From a virus (Duplodnaviria > Caudoviricetes): a stretch of 27,820 nt of DNA. The stretch is from IMG/VR virus record IMGVR_UViG_3300025608_000075, positions 1 to 27,820 of that record. One strand, given 5' to 3'. The notes below the pieces were generated by a model, which was given only the letters and a program-made list of their open reading frames with translations, had not been told where the DNA came from and made no database searches. Both the position numbers and the translations under genes were made by a program. Position 1 is the stretch's first letter, and each line of letters opens with the position of its first letter. Below are positions 19,448-27,629 of this stretch, piece after piece.

Positions 19448-19486
19448 AAAATTCTTGAGGCCGCAAAATGCGACCTCAAAAATTTT
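19448..19486 (-). terminator. Long stem-loop after capsid gene (terminator/attenuator or mRNA-stabilising hairpin)
   Basis: The minus strand reads AAAATTTTTGAGGTCGCA-TTT-TGCGGCCTCAAGAATTTT, an 18-bp stem with two G-U pairs, followed by U/A-rich sequence. Confidence 0.7.
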
Positions 19487-19496
19487 AAGTTTTGAA

Positions 19497-20969
19497 TTAT
19501 GCTCCTTTAAACAATACGAAGTTATTCGCAGCTTGCACACAAAGACATCTTTCAGATAGGAAGTTTACTTCCATAGCATCTAAATCAGATGTGAAAGCTC
19601 CTCCAGCAGAACCAGTCAACCATTGCTTCATTCTACGGTCGTCAGCTTGTGAAGCTCTGTAACGCACGTGTAAAAATGGACGACGGATATTAGTTCCTAA
19701 AATTTGATCGTAAACTGTAGAAGTTCCAGCAGGTACTAAAACACCTTCGATACTTGCAGTTGCTCCACCGTAAGCTCCACGTGTTGAAGCATCATTTAAG
19801 TATTTCCAGTCAGTTTTGTAGAAATCATAAGATCCTCTACGGAAACCACTAAAACCTAAGTTTAATGCCATGTCTTCAGAATTTTCAAATAATCCAAAAG
19901 AACTACCACCTTGGTAAACTCCAGTAGCAGGTGATCCAACTCCAGCTAACATATCATCAAAATCTAAAGCAGTTTGGCGATTTAAGAAAAGCATGTTTTC
20001 TTCAATAGCTCCTTGAGTATCTAGATTTTTAAGTATTTCATCAAAAGCAGCTAAACCTGTAGCGGCTGTAAAACCAGTGTTTACGTTACCACGATCTTCG
20101 ATAGCAGCGAATAAACCTTGAGTACCTTTGTACCCAGCATCAGCAGCAGATCCAGTACCAGTTCCAGTAGCTAGCTCACCTTCAACTACAGACATTTCCA
20201 AGTAATCTTCAAAACGCAAGCGAGTTTCAGATTCAGCTTTTAAATACCATAAGTATCCAGAAGTACCATCTTCAGTAGCAACTTCAACCCAACCAATTTG
20301 AGCCATATCAGATCCATTTACAACGTATTTGTCTCTAATGATTACTGGTGAGTTAGAAAATTGAGTAAAAGAAGGAGTAATACTTCTTCTTCCATCAGTA
20401 TCTGTTAAACCTGTAGAGTTAGCAATAGAAACACCTTTAGAGTATTCAGATCCATATACAAATATCTTTAGACCAGTAGCAGCAACTCCAGATAAATCTG
20501 CAGAAGCGTAAGGAGCTACAACAACAGTAGCTACAGCACCAGTTTGACTTGAAGCAGTTACAACAGCTTTTGTATCTGAATTATTAGTATCATCTAAAAT
20601 TACAATAGTGTCTCCTTTTGAAATAACATTTTCAACAAAAGTATCGTTAGCACCACCAACAGTAAAAGTTAAAGTGTTTGCTAAATCGTTAGAAACATCA
20701 TTGTATGCAATATGCAAACGGTTTTGCTCAGACCAAATAACTTGATCAGATGTCATTGGCATTTCAGCGCCAACCATGCGTAAAAAGCCAGATAACGTAC
20801 GGTTTCCGTAGCGCTCTACTTCTTGTTCATAAATTTCCGGTAAATACTGTTGTGCGAAAGTATCTGTATCGCCAGCAGCAGCGCCGTCGTTAAACTTTAG
20901 CCAGTTGCTATCGTTTAATTGTTGTTTTTGACTTGGTTTTATAGAACCAAATGTAGGACTTAAAGCCAT
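19497..20969 (-). CDS. Major capsid protein (490 aa)
   Basis: It follows portal and scaffold and has capsid-like size. Codon usage suggests high expression (GGT, GCT, CGT, TTC, AAC). Motifs include QQYLPEIYEQEVERYGNR and GTQGLFAAIEDRGN, and a hairpin follows the gene. Confidence 0.88.
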   Translation of the reverse strand: MALSPTFGSIKPSQKQQLNDSNWLKFNDGAAAGDTDTFAQQYLPEIYEQEVERYGNRTLSGFLRMVGAEMPMTSDQVIWSEQNRLHIAYNDVSNDLANTLTFTVGGANDTFVENVISKGDTIVILDDTNNSDTKAVVTASSQTGAVATVVVAPYASADLSGVAATGLKIFVYGSEYSKGVSIANSTGLTDTDGRRSITPSFTQFSNSPVIIRDKYVVNGSDMAQIGWVEVATEDGTSGYLWYLKAESETRLRFEDYLEMSVVEGELATGTGTGSAADAGYKGTQGLFAAIEDRGNVNTGFTAATGLAAFDEILKNLDTQGAIEENMLFLNRQTALDFDDMLAGVGSPATGVYQGGSSFGLFENSEDMALNLGFSGFRRGSYDFYKTDWKYLNDASTRGAYGGATASIEGVLVPAGTSTVYDQILGTNIRRPFLHVRYRASQADDRRMKQWLTGSAGGAFTSDLDAMEVNFLSERCLCVQAANNFVLFKGA

Positions 20970-20983
20970 AATTTTTAATTTTT

Positions 20984-22177
20984 TTAGTTAAATTTTTTTG
21001 TTTTTACTTTTAATTTTGTAGAATCAGCACCGCTAATAGCTCTAACTTTAAAACCATTTACAAAAACATCGCCATTACTAGACTGCCTTGCTTTTGCGTC
21101 GCTTAAATTTCTAGAGCCATCAACCACATTTTTAACTGCATCAGCTTTGCCTTGCTCGTAAAAATGCGCTGCAATACGATCTACATTTTCAGCAGCGTAC
21201 ATAGCTTTGTGATAACCTTTGTAGTCACTAACAGATCCGTTTTTATCAAGGAACTTCCCGATAAGGTTGTTAATGTTTGATTGTTTATCTGCTACAGACT
21301 CTGTGTTTTGTATTTTATACCTATACTTCTTTTCACCAACATTGATATCGAAACCTTCGAAATCTTCAGTAAAAAGCTTTTTAGTATTGTTTTTAAACTC
21401 TTCGTGCTGTTGCTTAGTAGCTTCTTGCTGCTTATTATATCTATTGAAAAAGTCCATAGCTTTCTGAGCATCGGGATTTACGTTTGATTTCAACTTGATA
21501 TCAGCGTAATATTTTTCCTTAGTTTGCTCTAAAAAGTTTTTGGCTTTTGCAACTTCTTCTTTAAATGCAAGTTTTTTCTTGCGTATATCTCTATCTTCGT
21601 CTAAATCTTCATCGTATTGAAAATCTTCTAATAATAAATCAATATCTGAATTATCAAGATATGGTTTTTCTTTTCTGTAATATTCTTTTAATAATGTATT
21701 ATCGTCTACACTAGAGTAATCGGCATTTAGCCTAACGTAGTCTTCAACACTGCCTCCAGTTTCTTCCATAAAAGAAACAAGCTTTTCTACGTTTTCAGGT
21801 AACTGCTTACCTAAAACTCTCTCATCTCTTATTGCTTCTTTTAATTCTTTTTCAGCTTCAACTGTTTCTTCAATTATCTGTATTGGAGAATCTACTGTTT
21901 CTTCGGTGGTCCGTACTTCTTCAACCACTGCTTCGCTGTTGCTACTGTTTTCGGGTTTTTCGACAACATCATTGCTATCATTTGTCTCTTGTGTTTGAAC
22001 GGCATTTTCTTTTTCTTCGCTTATAGTTACTTTTGTTACATCAGGAATAACTTCTCCCTGTGCTTCTGGTTTTGTTAAGTCAACCTTAGTAACTTCATCT
22101 TTTTTTGATAACTTTTTTGGTGTTTTTTTGTTTTTATTTTTTAATGAAAACTCACCTTCTGTTTTTACTTCTGACAT
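20984..22177 (-). CDS. Capsid scaffolding protein (397 aa)
   Basis: Highly acidic, low-complexity N-terminal half with coiled coils and a HFYEQGKADA motif. It sits between portal and capsid. Confidence 0.75.
   Translation of the reverse strand: MSEVKTEGEFSLKNKNKKTPKKLSKKDEVTKVDLTKPEAQGEVIPDVTKVTISEEKENAVQTQETNDSNDVVEKPENSSNSEAVVEEVRTTEETVDSPIQIIEETVEAEKELKEAIRDERVLGKQLPENVEKLVSFMEETGGSVEDYVRLNADYSSVDDNTLLKEYYRKEKPYLDNSDIDLLLEDFQYDEDLDEDRDIRKKKLAFKEEVAKAKNFLEQTKEKYYADIKLKSNVNPDAQKAMDFFNRYNKQQEATKQQHEEFKNNTKKLFTEDFEGFDINVGEKKYRYKIQNTESVADKQSNINNLIGKFLDKNGSVSDYKGYHKAMYAAENVDRIAAHFYEQGKADAVKNVVDGSRNLSDAKARQSSNGDVFVNGFKVRAISGADSTKLKVKTKKFN
21892..22005 (-). CDS. Overprinted small basic protein in +1 frame of scaffold gene (37 aa, MPFKHKRQMIAMMLSKNPKTVATAKQWLKKYGPPKKQ)
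   Basis: Hand-translated from ATG 22005 to TAG 21894-21892, with an A-rich upstream (GAAAAAGAAA). It resembles small phage proteins of the MPFKS.KQ...P...K.W.KKYG type, recalled from memory. Confidence 0.55.
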   Translation of the reverse strand: MPFKHKRQMIAMMLSKNPKTVATAKQWLKKYGPPKKQ

Positions 22178-22208
22178 AATATAATATAATTTAAAAAATG
22201 TTATAGCA

Positions 22209-24596
22209 TTACATAAATGCTCCTAAGCCTTGATCGGCTTGATTTTCAAAGTCAATTGGTAAACCATCGTTTTTTCTTTGGCTTATCATTTCACTTTGCT
22301 GTGTTGCTTGTATTTTTGTTCTTTTATCTTTACGATCTTCTTTAAAAGTTTCTTTTTGATTAACAACCTGCATTTCCATTTGCTTAAGCTGCATATCATA
22401 TTGAAACTGTCTTTCCATTTCTTGCTGCTTTATAAACGAGGCTTGTTCCATTTTCTTAATGTCCATAGCTGTTTTAGCTTGTTCTAGCTGAACTTTAGAA
22501 CCAGATATAGCTTCTTGTTTTTGAACTTCTGCCATAGCTGTTCTTTCAGCTGTTTGAGCTTGTGCATCTGCTTGTGCAGCAATATTAGCTTGTTGGTTAG
22601 CTTGATCTCTTTCCATTTTAACCTTACGCTTAATTTTAAGCATTTGATTAGCTAATTTTAAATTTTTAATTTGACGTATATCAATAGCGTCTTCAAGATC
22701 AATACCACCTGATTGTAAAGCAACTTGTATGTTTTGCTCTAATTGAGCTTTTTCTTCTTCATCTGGTTCTAGCTCTAAGAAAATACCAAAATCGTGTAAA
22801 TTTAAATCTACAATTTCATCTAGTGATTTTATATTGTAATTAGATATAGAGTTTTGTAACGATGCTCTTGTTAGTGGAAATCTTAAAGCGTCAGCTATTT
22901 TAAGAGAAACGTTCTCTGCTAGTTTAAGAGTTAAAAACAAACTAGACTGAACAATATGTCTAGTAGCTACGTTAGATGCGTTAGCGGCTAACTTCTGTAA
23001 TCCTACGAGAGTAGATTTATCAGGAGTACTACCATCTCTAGCTTCATTAAGCCCTGTTACATCACGTATCATTTGTAAATAGTATTGATACGTTTGTATT
23101 AAGCTTTGTATTTTACCATAACCATTAGAGCTACTAAGCTCTTGTATAGGTACTTTACCATGGTTCATTTCACCATCTTGCGTCAATGATCTACCAACTA
23201 TAGAACCAGTTTGAAAATACATATTTAACGCCTCAGCTGGATTGTAGTTTGTACCATTACCAAGATCAACTTCAGCTAAACCGTCCATGTCAAGATAAAC
23301 ACCATCTGGAACCATTCTTGATAATACCTGTTGTAGTTTTAAGTGTGTTATTTGTATCATATCAGCAAAACCAATACATTTACTAACAACTGACTCTATT
23401 CTACCCTTGTACATTCTAGGCGCACAAATAGCATAATTCATAGCTACTTTAGTCGTGTCAGCGTAAGGTCTTGACATATTTTCTGCCAACTCCCACTTCA
23501 AAAGCGTGTCTGTACCTAAAACAACTGCTCCACTATATAGTACTTCTATAGTTCTTGACACTCTTTCAAACATATCACTTTCTGGTGGATTAAATGTATC
23601 AGGCTTTTCAATCGCCTTCATTAGTCCTTGATCTGTTTGTTTTATTTTAAAAACTTGATTGTGATAAGTTTTATAATCAAAGTACATAACCTGTACAGTG
23701 TTTTCATCGTAATCACCCCATCCAGTTATATATGATTTATTACCTGGCATATTTTGAATACGCTCAAGTTCTTTTTGAGATATATTTGGAAATTCTTTTT
23801 TTAACTCTGGAATTGTTATAGCCTTTACTTCTCCTACGTAATATACATCTTCAAAATTAGGATCTTCTGTGTATGAATAAACCATATAAGCAGGGTCAAC
23901 ATAATCAACTTTAATTCCTTCTGATATATTAAAACTAGTTTTAGCAGCAGCAATACCTAGTACAGTTAAATCCATATTAAGTCTGCGTCTAACTAGATCA
24001 TATTTGTTTTGGGCAAAAACAGTAGATATACTTTCTTCTTCTGCTATTTCTATAGACTGCTTGTAACTTAATTGCATTTTAAGTTCTAGCTCTTCTTTAG
24101 ATTCTGGAACGCTGCCAGGATCTGATGATTGGTGTAGATTTATACCTAACACCTCATTAACGCTTTGTATGTAGTCTTTAGCTACCATATCTTCATATAG
24201 CTTAGCAGCGTAATCAGTTCTTTTCTTTACTGACTGAGGATCTTGAGCATATGCTTTTATGTCATAGCTTTTCTTAGATATACCATTAACTACAATATCT
24301 ACAAATTTAGATAAAATAGGTACTGGTTTCCAGTCTAAATTAAGATAAGATAAATCACCATTTATAGATAATTCATCTTTATATTTTTGTATTGATTGCT
24401 CACCTCGAGCATAAAGTCTTAAATTATGAAAGTTATTCCAGTTAGTTAAATATCTATTACCGTTAGTTCTACCTTGTCTAAACCACTCATACTCTATAGC
24501 TTGAGCAACCTGCTTTCCATATTCAAATGTGTCTTTTTCTTCGTTACTTACAACTTGACTAGGAAAAGAGCTGTTATTATTAGTATAAACGTTCAT
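22209..24596 (-). CDS. Portal protein (795 aa)
   Basis: Directly downstream of terL, with YLNLDWKPVPILSKFVDIVVNG and RDVTGLNEARDGS motifs. The long Gln-rich C-terminal coiled coil is typical of podovirus portals. Confidence 0.88.
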   Translation of the reverse strand: MNVYTNNNSSFPSQVVSNEEKDTFEYGKQVAQAIEYEWFRQGRTNGNRYLTNWNNFHNLRLYARGEQSIQKYKDELSINGDLSYLNLDWKPVPILSKFVDIVVNGISKKSYDIKAYAQDPQSVKKRTDYAAKLYEDMVAKDYIQSVNEVLGINLHQSSDPGSVPESKEELELKMQLSYKQSIEIAEEESISTVFAQNKYDLVRRRLNMDLTVLGIAAAKTSFNISEGIKVDYVDPAYMVYSYTEDPNFEDVYYVGEVKAITIPELKKEFPNISQKELERIQNMPGNKSYITGWGDYDENTVQVMYFDYKTYHNQVFKIKQTDQGLMKAIEKPDTFNPPESDMFERVSRTIEVLYSGAVVLGTDTLLKWELAENMSRPYADTTKVAMNYAICAPRMYKGRIESVVSKCIGFADMIQITHLKLQQVLSRMVPDGVYLDMDGLAEVDLGNGTNYNPAEALNMYFQTGSIVGRSLTQDGEMNHGKVPIQELSSSNGYGKIQSLIQTYQYYLQMIRDVTGLNEARDGSTPDKSTLVGLQKLAANASNVATRHIVQSSLFLTLKLAENVSLKIADALRFPLTRASLQNSISNYNIKSLDEIVDLNLHDFGIFLELEPDEEEKAQLEQNIQVALQSGGIDLEDAIDIRQIKNLKLANQMLKIKRKVKMERDQANQQANIAAQADAQAQTAERTAMAEVQKQEAISGSKVQLEQAKTAMDIKKMEQASFIKQQEMERQFQYDMQLKQMEMQVVNQKETFKEDRKDKRTKIQATQQSEMISQRKNDGLPIDFENQADQGLGAFM

Positions 24597-26807
24597 TTAA
24601 CTTATTATTTTTGATGTATAACCTCTGTTATCGTATCTTTTGATACCTATATCAACCGGTTCTGTTTTTCTTCTATTTACTGGCGCATACCTATGTTTAT
24701 TACAAGCCATTAAAGCTAATCCCGAGCTAATAGACGCATCGTGAGAAGTTCTATTATTTATATTAAATTTAGCCCAGTCCTCTAATGTTCTTTGAAAATA
24801 CATGTCACCATAACCTGTTTCTTTTAAACCTACAAATGTTTCTATGTAAGATTCAATAGCTGCAGCGTGCGCTTGTTTTATATCTTCACTTGAGTTAGGT
24901 ATACCACCTATTTCTCTTTCTGTTACAGATAATTTGTTTCTACTTCTATCTGGTCTATTCATTGCAAAACCTCTATAACCTCTTTTTTTAAAATAATATA
25001 AAAGTCTTGGTTTGTTATTTTCAGCTAATATTGGCATACCATAAAAAGCACAAGCCATTAAAACATCTTCAAAAAATATTTCAGCTGTTTGTGGTCTTGC
25101 TATATATTCTAAGAAAAAATGATTAGGCGGTGCGTCTTCCATTGAAAACTTAGTTAAACCATGTAGAGATCCATTGGAACCTCTTTTGTCTACTGTACCT
25201 GATATATCATATGGATCACATCCAAATGCTCCAATATGATCATTTCCTGGATAAAACCTACCGTTTTTAGAATATTTTTTATTTTGCAAATTAATTGGTG
25301 GAACCCAAGACACTAAAAACCTACCGTTTTTGTTTGGGTTAAATATAACCCTTGTATCTTGTTGACCATTCTCCCATTGAAATGATCCTTGCGTAACATT
25401 AATAGAGTTACGCATATCTTCATTAAAATCAATTTGCTCGTATATTTTAGTTAGATTAAACAAAGACTGTTTTGTCTCATCTCTAAAAGCATGCTTTTCT
25501 GTACGTGGAAACTGTCTGTAGAATTCATTTAAAGCATCTTGATCTTCTTTTAATCCTTCTACTTCGTTCTCCCAGTATTCTATTACACCTATTTTTATCT
25601 TTTCACCCTGTGGACCTTCTACCGGTTTTTCTGGAGTGTCGAATACAGGTAGTCCATAAGAATCAATGTATCCTTCGTAATTCCATTCCATAGGTATAAA
25701 CAAAGAATATAATCCTGAACGAGTCTGTCCATTGGCGTTTCGCTTCGTAACATCTGAGTCGTCATAGAGTTTTTTAAAATTTTTGCCTCCTTTATCATGG
25801 GAATTTGATGTTGAGCCCATCATGCATTTACCTATAATTTTACTACCTAATCGTAAACAGGTTTTAGTAACGCGCCAATTATTTAATATATTATTAGGTT
25901 TTTCCCACTTTCCACTTTCATCGTGTACTAGTAGTTTTAGTTTTTCACCATCGTACGAGTTATCCCCCGTGTTCTTCCAGTCGATTGTGGTATCAAGACC
26001 GTCGAGCTCTTGAAGCTTTTCATTGGTTTCAAGTTTTTTTCTAGTGTATTTTGTAGCCGGTACTCTGTATGCAAGTTCGGTTTTCGGCCTGTCCATACCG
26101 TCTTGGATCGGTTTGAAAAAGAACGGGTAGTTGACCGAGATCGGTACGACCTTATCTGTGAACATCTTCTTAGCATCGGGACCAGACTTTGACAAGATAC
26201 CGAACCGTGCATCACTAGAAATCGTTGCAGCATTGACCGTTTCAGCTGAGGACATAAACGAGAATCCTGAACGGCGGTTCTTAAGATAACACATTCCGTA
26301 ACATCGTGAGTCTGCCCTGCAAGCCTCCCAGAATATAAAGAATAATCTGTTTGACTCTCTAAAGTCTGGCTGCCCAACGTCAATTTTGCTCCACTGCAGG
26401 TACATAAAGTGAGTACCAGTAATGTAAGTAGCCACGCCCTTATTATAGAACCAAAACCCTTGTTCTCTTTTATTAAATTCGTTATCAATATAATCATACC
26501 ATTTTTCTTTAAAGTCTACTGGGTATTCTTCCCAATCAAAAACAGACTTTATTTTTTTAAGCTCTCGAGGGTATTCAGTGTGTTCCCATTTATTACTTTT
26601 AAATTTATGAACCTTACTAGCTTTGGGTAATCCTATTTTAAGGTTTTGTATTTCGTATATTTCACCTACCTCGCCAGTCTTGCTTATAACTACTAAGTCA
26701 TAATCCTCGTTATAACCATATTTCCACTTTTTGGCTTTGTTCATTTTAGCCATTGCGTGAGGTTTTATATAGTCTTCGACTACTTTATATAGTGTTTGCT
26801 CGTACAT
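24597..26807 (-). CDS. terL: Terminase large subunit (736 aa)
   Basis: Variant Walker A LKNRRSGFS, Walker B LLVHDESGKW and coupling motif GST. RNase H-like nuclease motifs FGCDPYD and HDASISSG. Confidence 0.93.
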   Translation of the reverse strand: MYEQTLYKVVEDYIKPHAMAKMNKAKKWKYGYNEDYDLVVISKTGEVGEIYEIQNLKIGLPKASKVHKFKSNKWEHTEYPRELKKIKSVFDWEEYPVDFKEKWYDYIDNEFNKREQGFWFYNKGVATYITGTHFMYLQWSKIDVGQPDFRESNRLFFIFWEACRADSRCYGMCYLKNRRSGFSFMSSAETVNAATISSDARFGILSKSGPDAKKMFTDKVVPISVNYPFFFKPIQDGMDRPKTELAYRVPATKYTRKKLETNEKLQELDGLDTTIDWKNTGDNSYDGEKLKLLVHDESGKWEKPNNILNNWRVTKTCLRLGSKIIGKCMMGSTSNSHDKGGKNFKKLYDDSDVTKRNANGQTRSGLYSLFIPMEWNYEGYIDSYGLPVFDTPEKPVEGPQGEKIKIGVIEYWENEVEGLKEDQDALNEFYRQFPRTEKHAFRDETKQSLFNLTKIYEQIDFNEDMRNSINVTQGSFQWENGQQDTRVIFNPNKNGRFLVSWVPPINLQNKKYSKNGRFYPGNDHIGAFGCDPYDISGTVDKRGSNGSLHGLTKFSMEDAPPNHFFLEYIARPQTAEIFFEDVLMACAFYGMPILAENNKPRLLYYFKKRGYRGFAMNRPDRSRNKLSVTEREIGGIPNSSEDIKQAHAAAIESYIETFVGLKETGYGDMYFQRTLEDWAKFNINNRTSHDASISSGLALMACNKHRYAPVNRRKTEPVDIGIKRYDNRGYTSKIIS
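25619..25798 (-). CDS. Candidate overprinted ORF in +1 frame of terL (59 aa)
   Basis: Hand-translated as MIKEAKILKNSMTTQMLRSETPMDRLVQDYILCLYLWNGITKDTLILMDYLYSTLQKNR*. It coincides with terL codons unusual for this genome (CTC, GAC GAC, ACG AAG CGA AAC GCC, CCG). Confidence 0.35.
   Translation of the reverse strand: MIKEAKILKNSMTTQMLRSETPMDRLVQDYILCLYLWNGITKDTLILMDYLYSTLQKNR
25937..26497 (-). CDS. Candidate overprinted lipoprotein/membrane protein in +1 frame of terL (186 aa)
   Basis: A same-strand 186-codon open frame in an AT-rich gene. It has a hydrophobic stretch ending in Cys (RAWLLTLLVLTLCTCSG), and GC is locally raised over most of the overlap. Confidence 0.55.
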   Translation of the reverse strand: MIILITNLIKENKGFGSIIRAWLLTLLVLTLCTCSGAKLTLGSQTLESQTDYSLYSGRLAGQTHDVTECVILRTAVQDSRLCPQLKRSMLQRFLVMHGSVSCQSLVPMLRRCSQIRSYRSRSTTRSFSNRSKTVWTGRKPNLHTEYRLQNTLEKNLKPMKSFKSSTVLIPQSTGRTRGITRTMVKN

Positions 26808-27082
26808 TACTTAGATCTTCCTTCAGCAAAACCTTTAAAAGTTTTTTCTTTCTTAACTTCTTTTGGTTTATCGTTTAATAGCTCTTCTTCGTTTTCTATT
26901 CTAGTAAGTATCTCAAAAGCATCAAATATAGCTAGCTTTTTTGTAGCCGCAGCATTTTTAAGTCTATCGGCAGATATATCATCATCTGAGTCTACAATTG
27001 GTTCTTTAGCTACCTTTATTAGCTCTTCAACTGCCTTTCGCCCAGCTTGGATTATATTCTTCTTCGTTTCCTTTACACTCAT
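26807..27082 (-). CDS. Putative terminase small subunit (91 aa)
   Basis: Small helical protein immediately upstream of terL with a TAATG stop/start overlap. The assignment rests on position. Confidence 0.55.
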   Translation of the reverse strand: MSVKETKKNIIQAGRKAVEELIKVAKEPIVDSDDDISADRLKNAAATKKLAIFDAFEILTRIENEEELLNDKPKEVKKEKTFKGFAEGRSK

Positions 27083-27629
27083 ATTTAATTACAATATCAT
27101 TAGATTTCATACAATAAAGAAGTTCGCCTTCAACAACAAACTCCCATTCACTGTTTGGTTTAAACCCTACAATGTCACCTGGAGTTATTTTTAAAGCTTC
27201 TAGTGAGCTATTGCCGTATTTTAATATACCAACAAGGCTTAACTCTTTTTTAGTTTCTAATTCGTCTTTATTTTTAATAGGCTTAATAAAACACCTGTCA
27301 CCAACGGTATTCCATAAACCATTGTTATAAAGGTATATTTGATCGAAAGCGCAAAGATGTAAATCATCTTTTAAAAACGATCTACTCTTTTTCTTTTCAC
27401 CTCTCATATCGTAAAAAGTTCTAAATACATTTTGATGTACTATAACTTTGTCACCTTTTTTTATTCCAGCGTTAAAAGCTAAAGGAGTTTGCACTACTTC
27501 AGCTAGTCTATTTACGAACTTCCAGTTTTCTATTTTAGTGTTTACAATTAAATCTTTATTTTCAATTTTAATCGTATTATTATATTTTTCCCCAACTGGT
27601 TTTACTATAAAGTCGAATAAACAATTCAT
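27027..27629 (-). CDS. Co-chaperonin GroES-like protein with two tandem GroES-like domains (200 aa)
   Basis: Two GroES-like units: DFIVKP...AEVVQTP...IKKGDKVIV and GDRCFIKP...GILKYG...ITPGDIVGF...EFVVEGELLYCMKSNDIV. Confidence 0.65.
   Translation of the reverse strand: MNCLFDFIVKPVGEKYNNTIKIENKDLIVNTKIENWKFVNRLAEVVQTPLAFNAGIKKGDKVIVHQNVFRTFYDMRGEKKKSRSFLKDDLHLCAFDQIYLYNNGLWNTVGDRCFIKPIKNKDELETKKELSLVGILKYGNSSLEALKITPGDIVGFKPNSEWEFVVEGELLYCMKSNDIVIKYECKGNEEEYNPSWAKGS

Noticed and set aside
21230-21370. Atypical codons and a small imperfect hairpin (GATTTCGAA-GGT-TTCGATATC) in the scaffold 3' half
   Set aside because: The +1 frame is broken by stops and the hairpin is weak, so there is too little evidence for a function.
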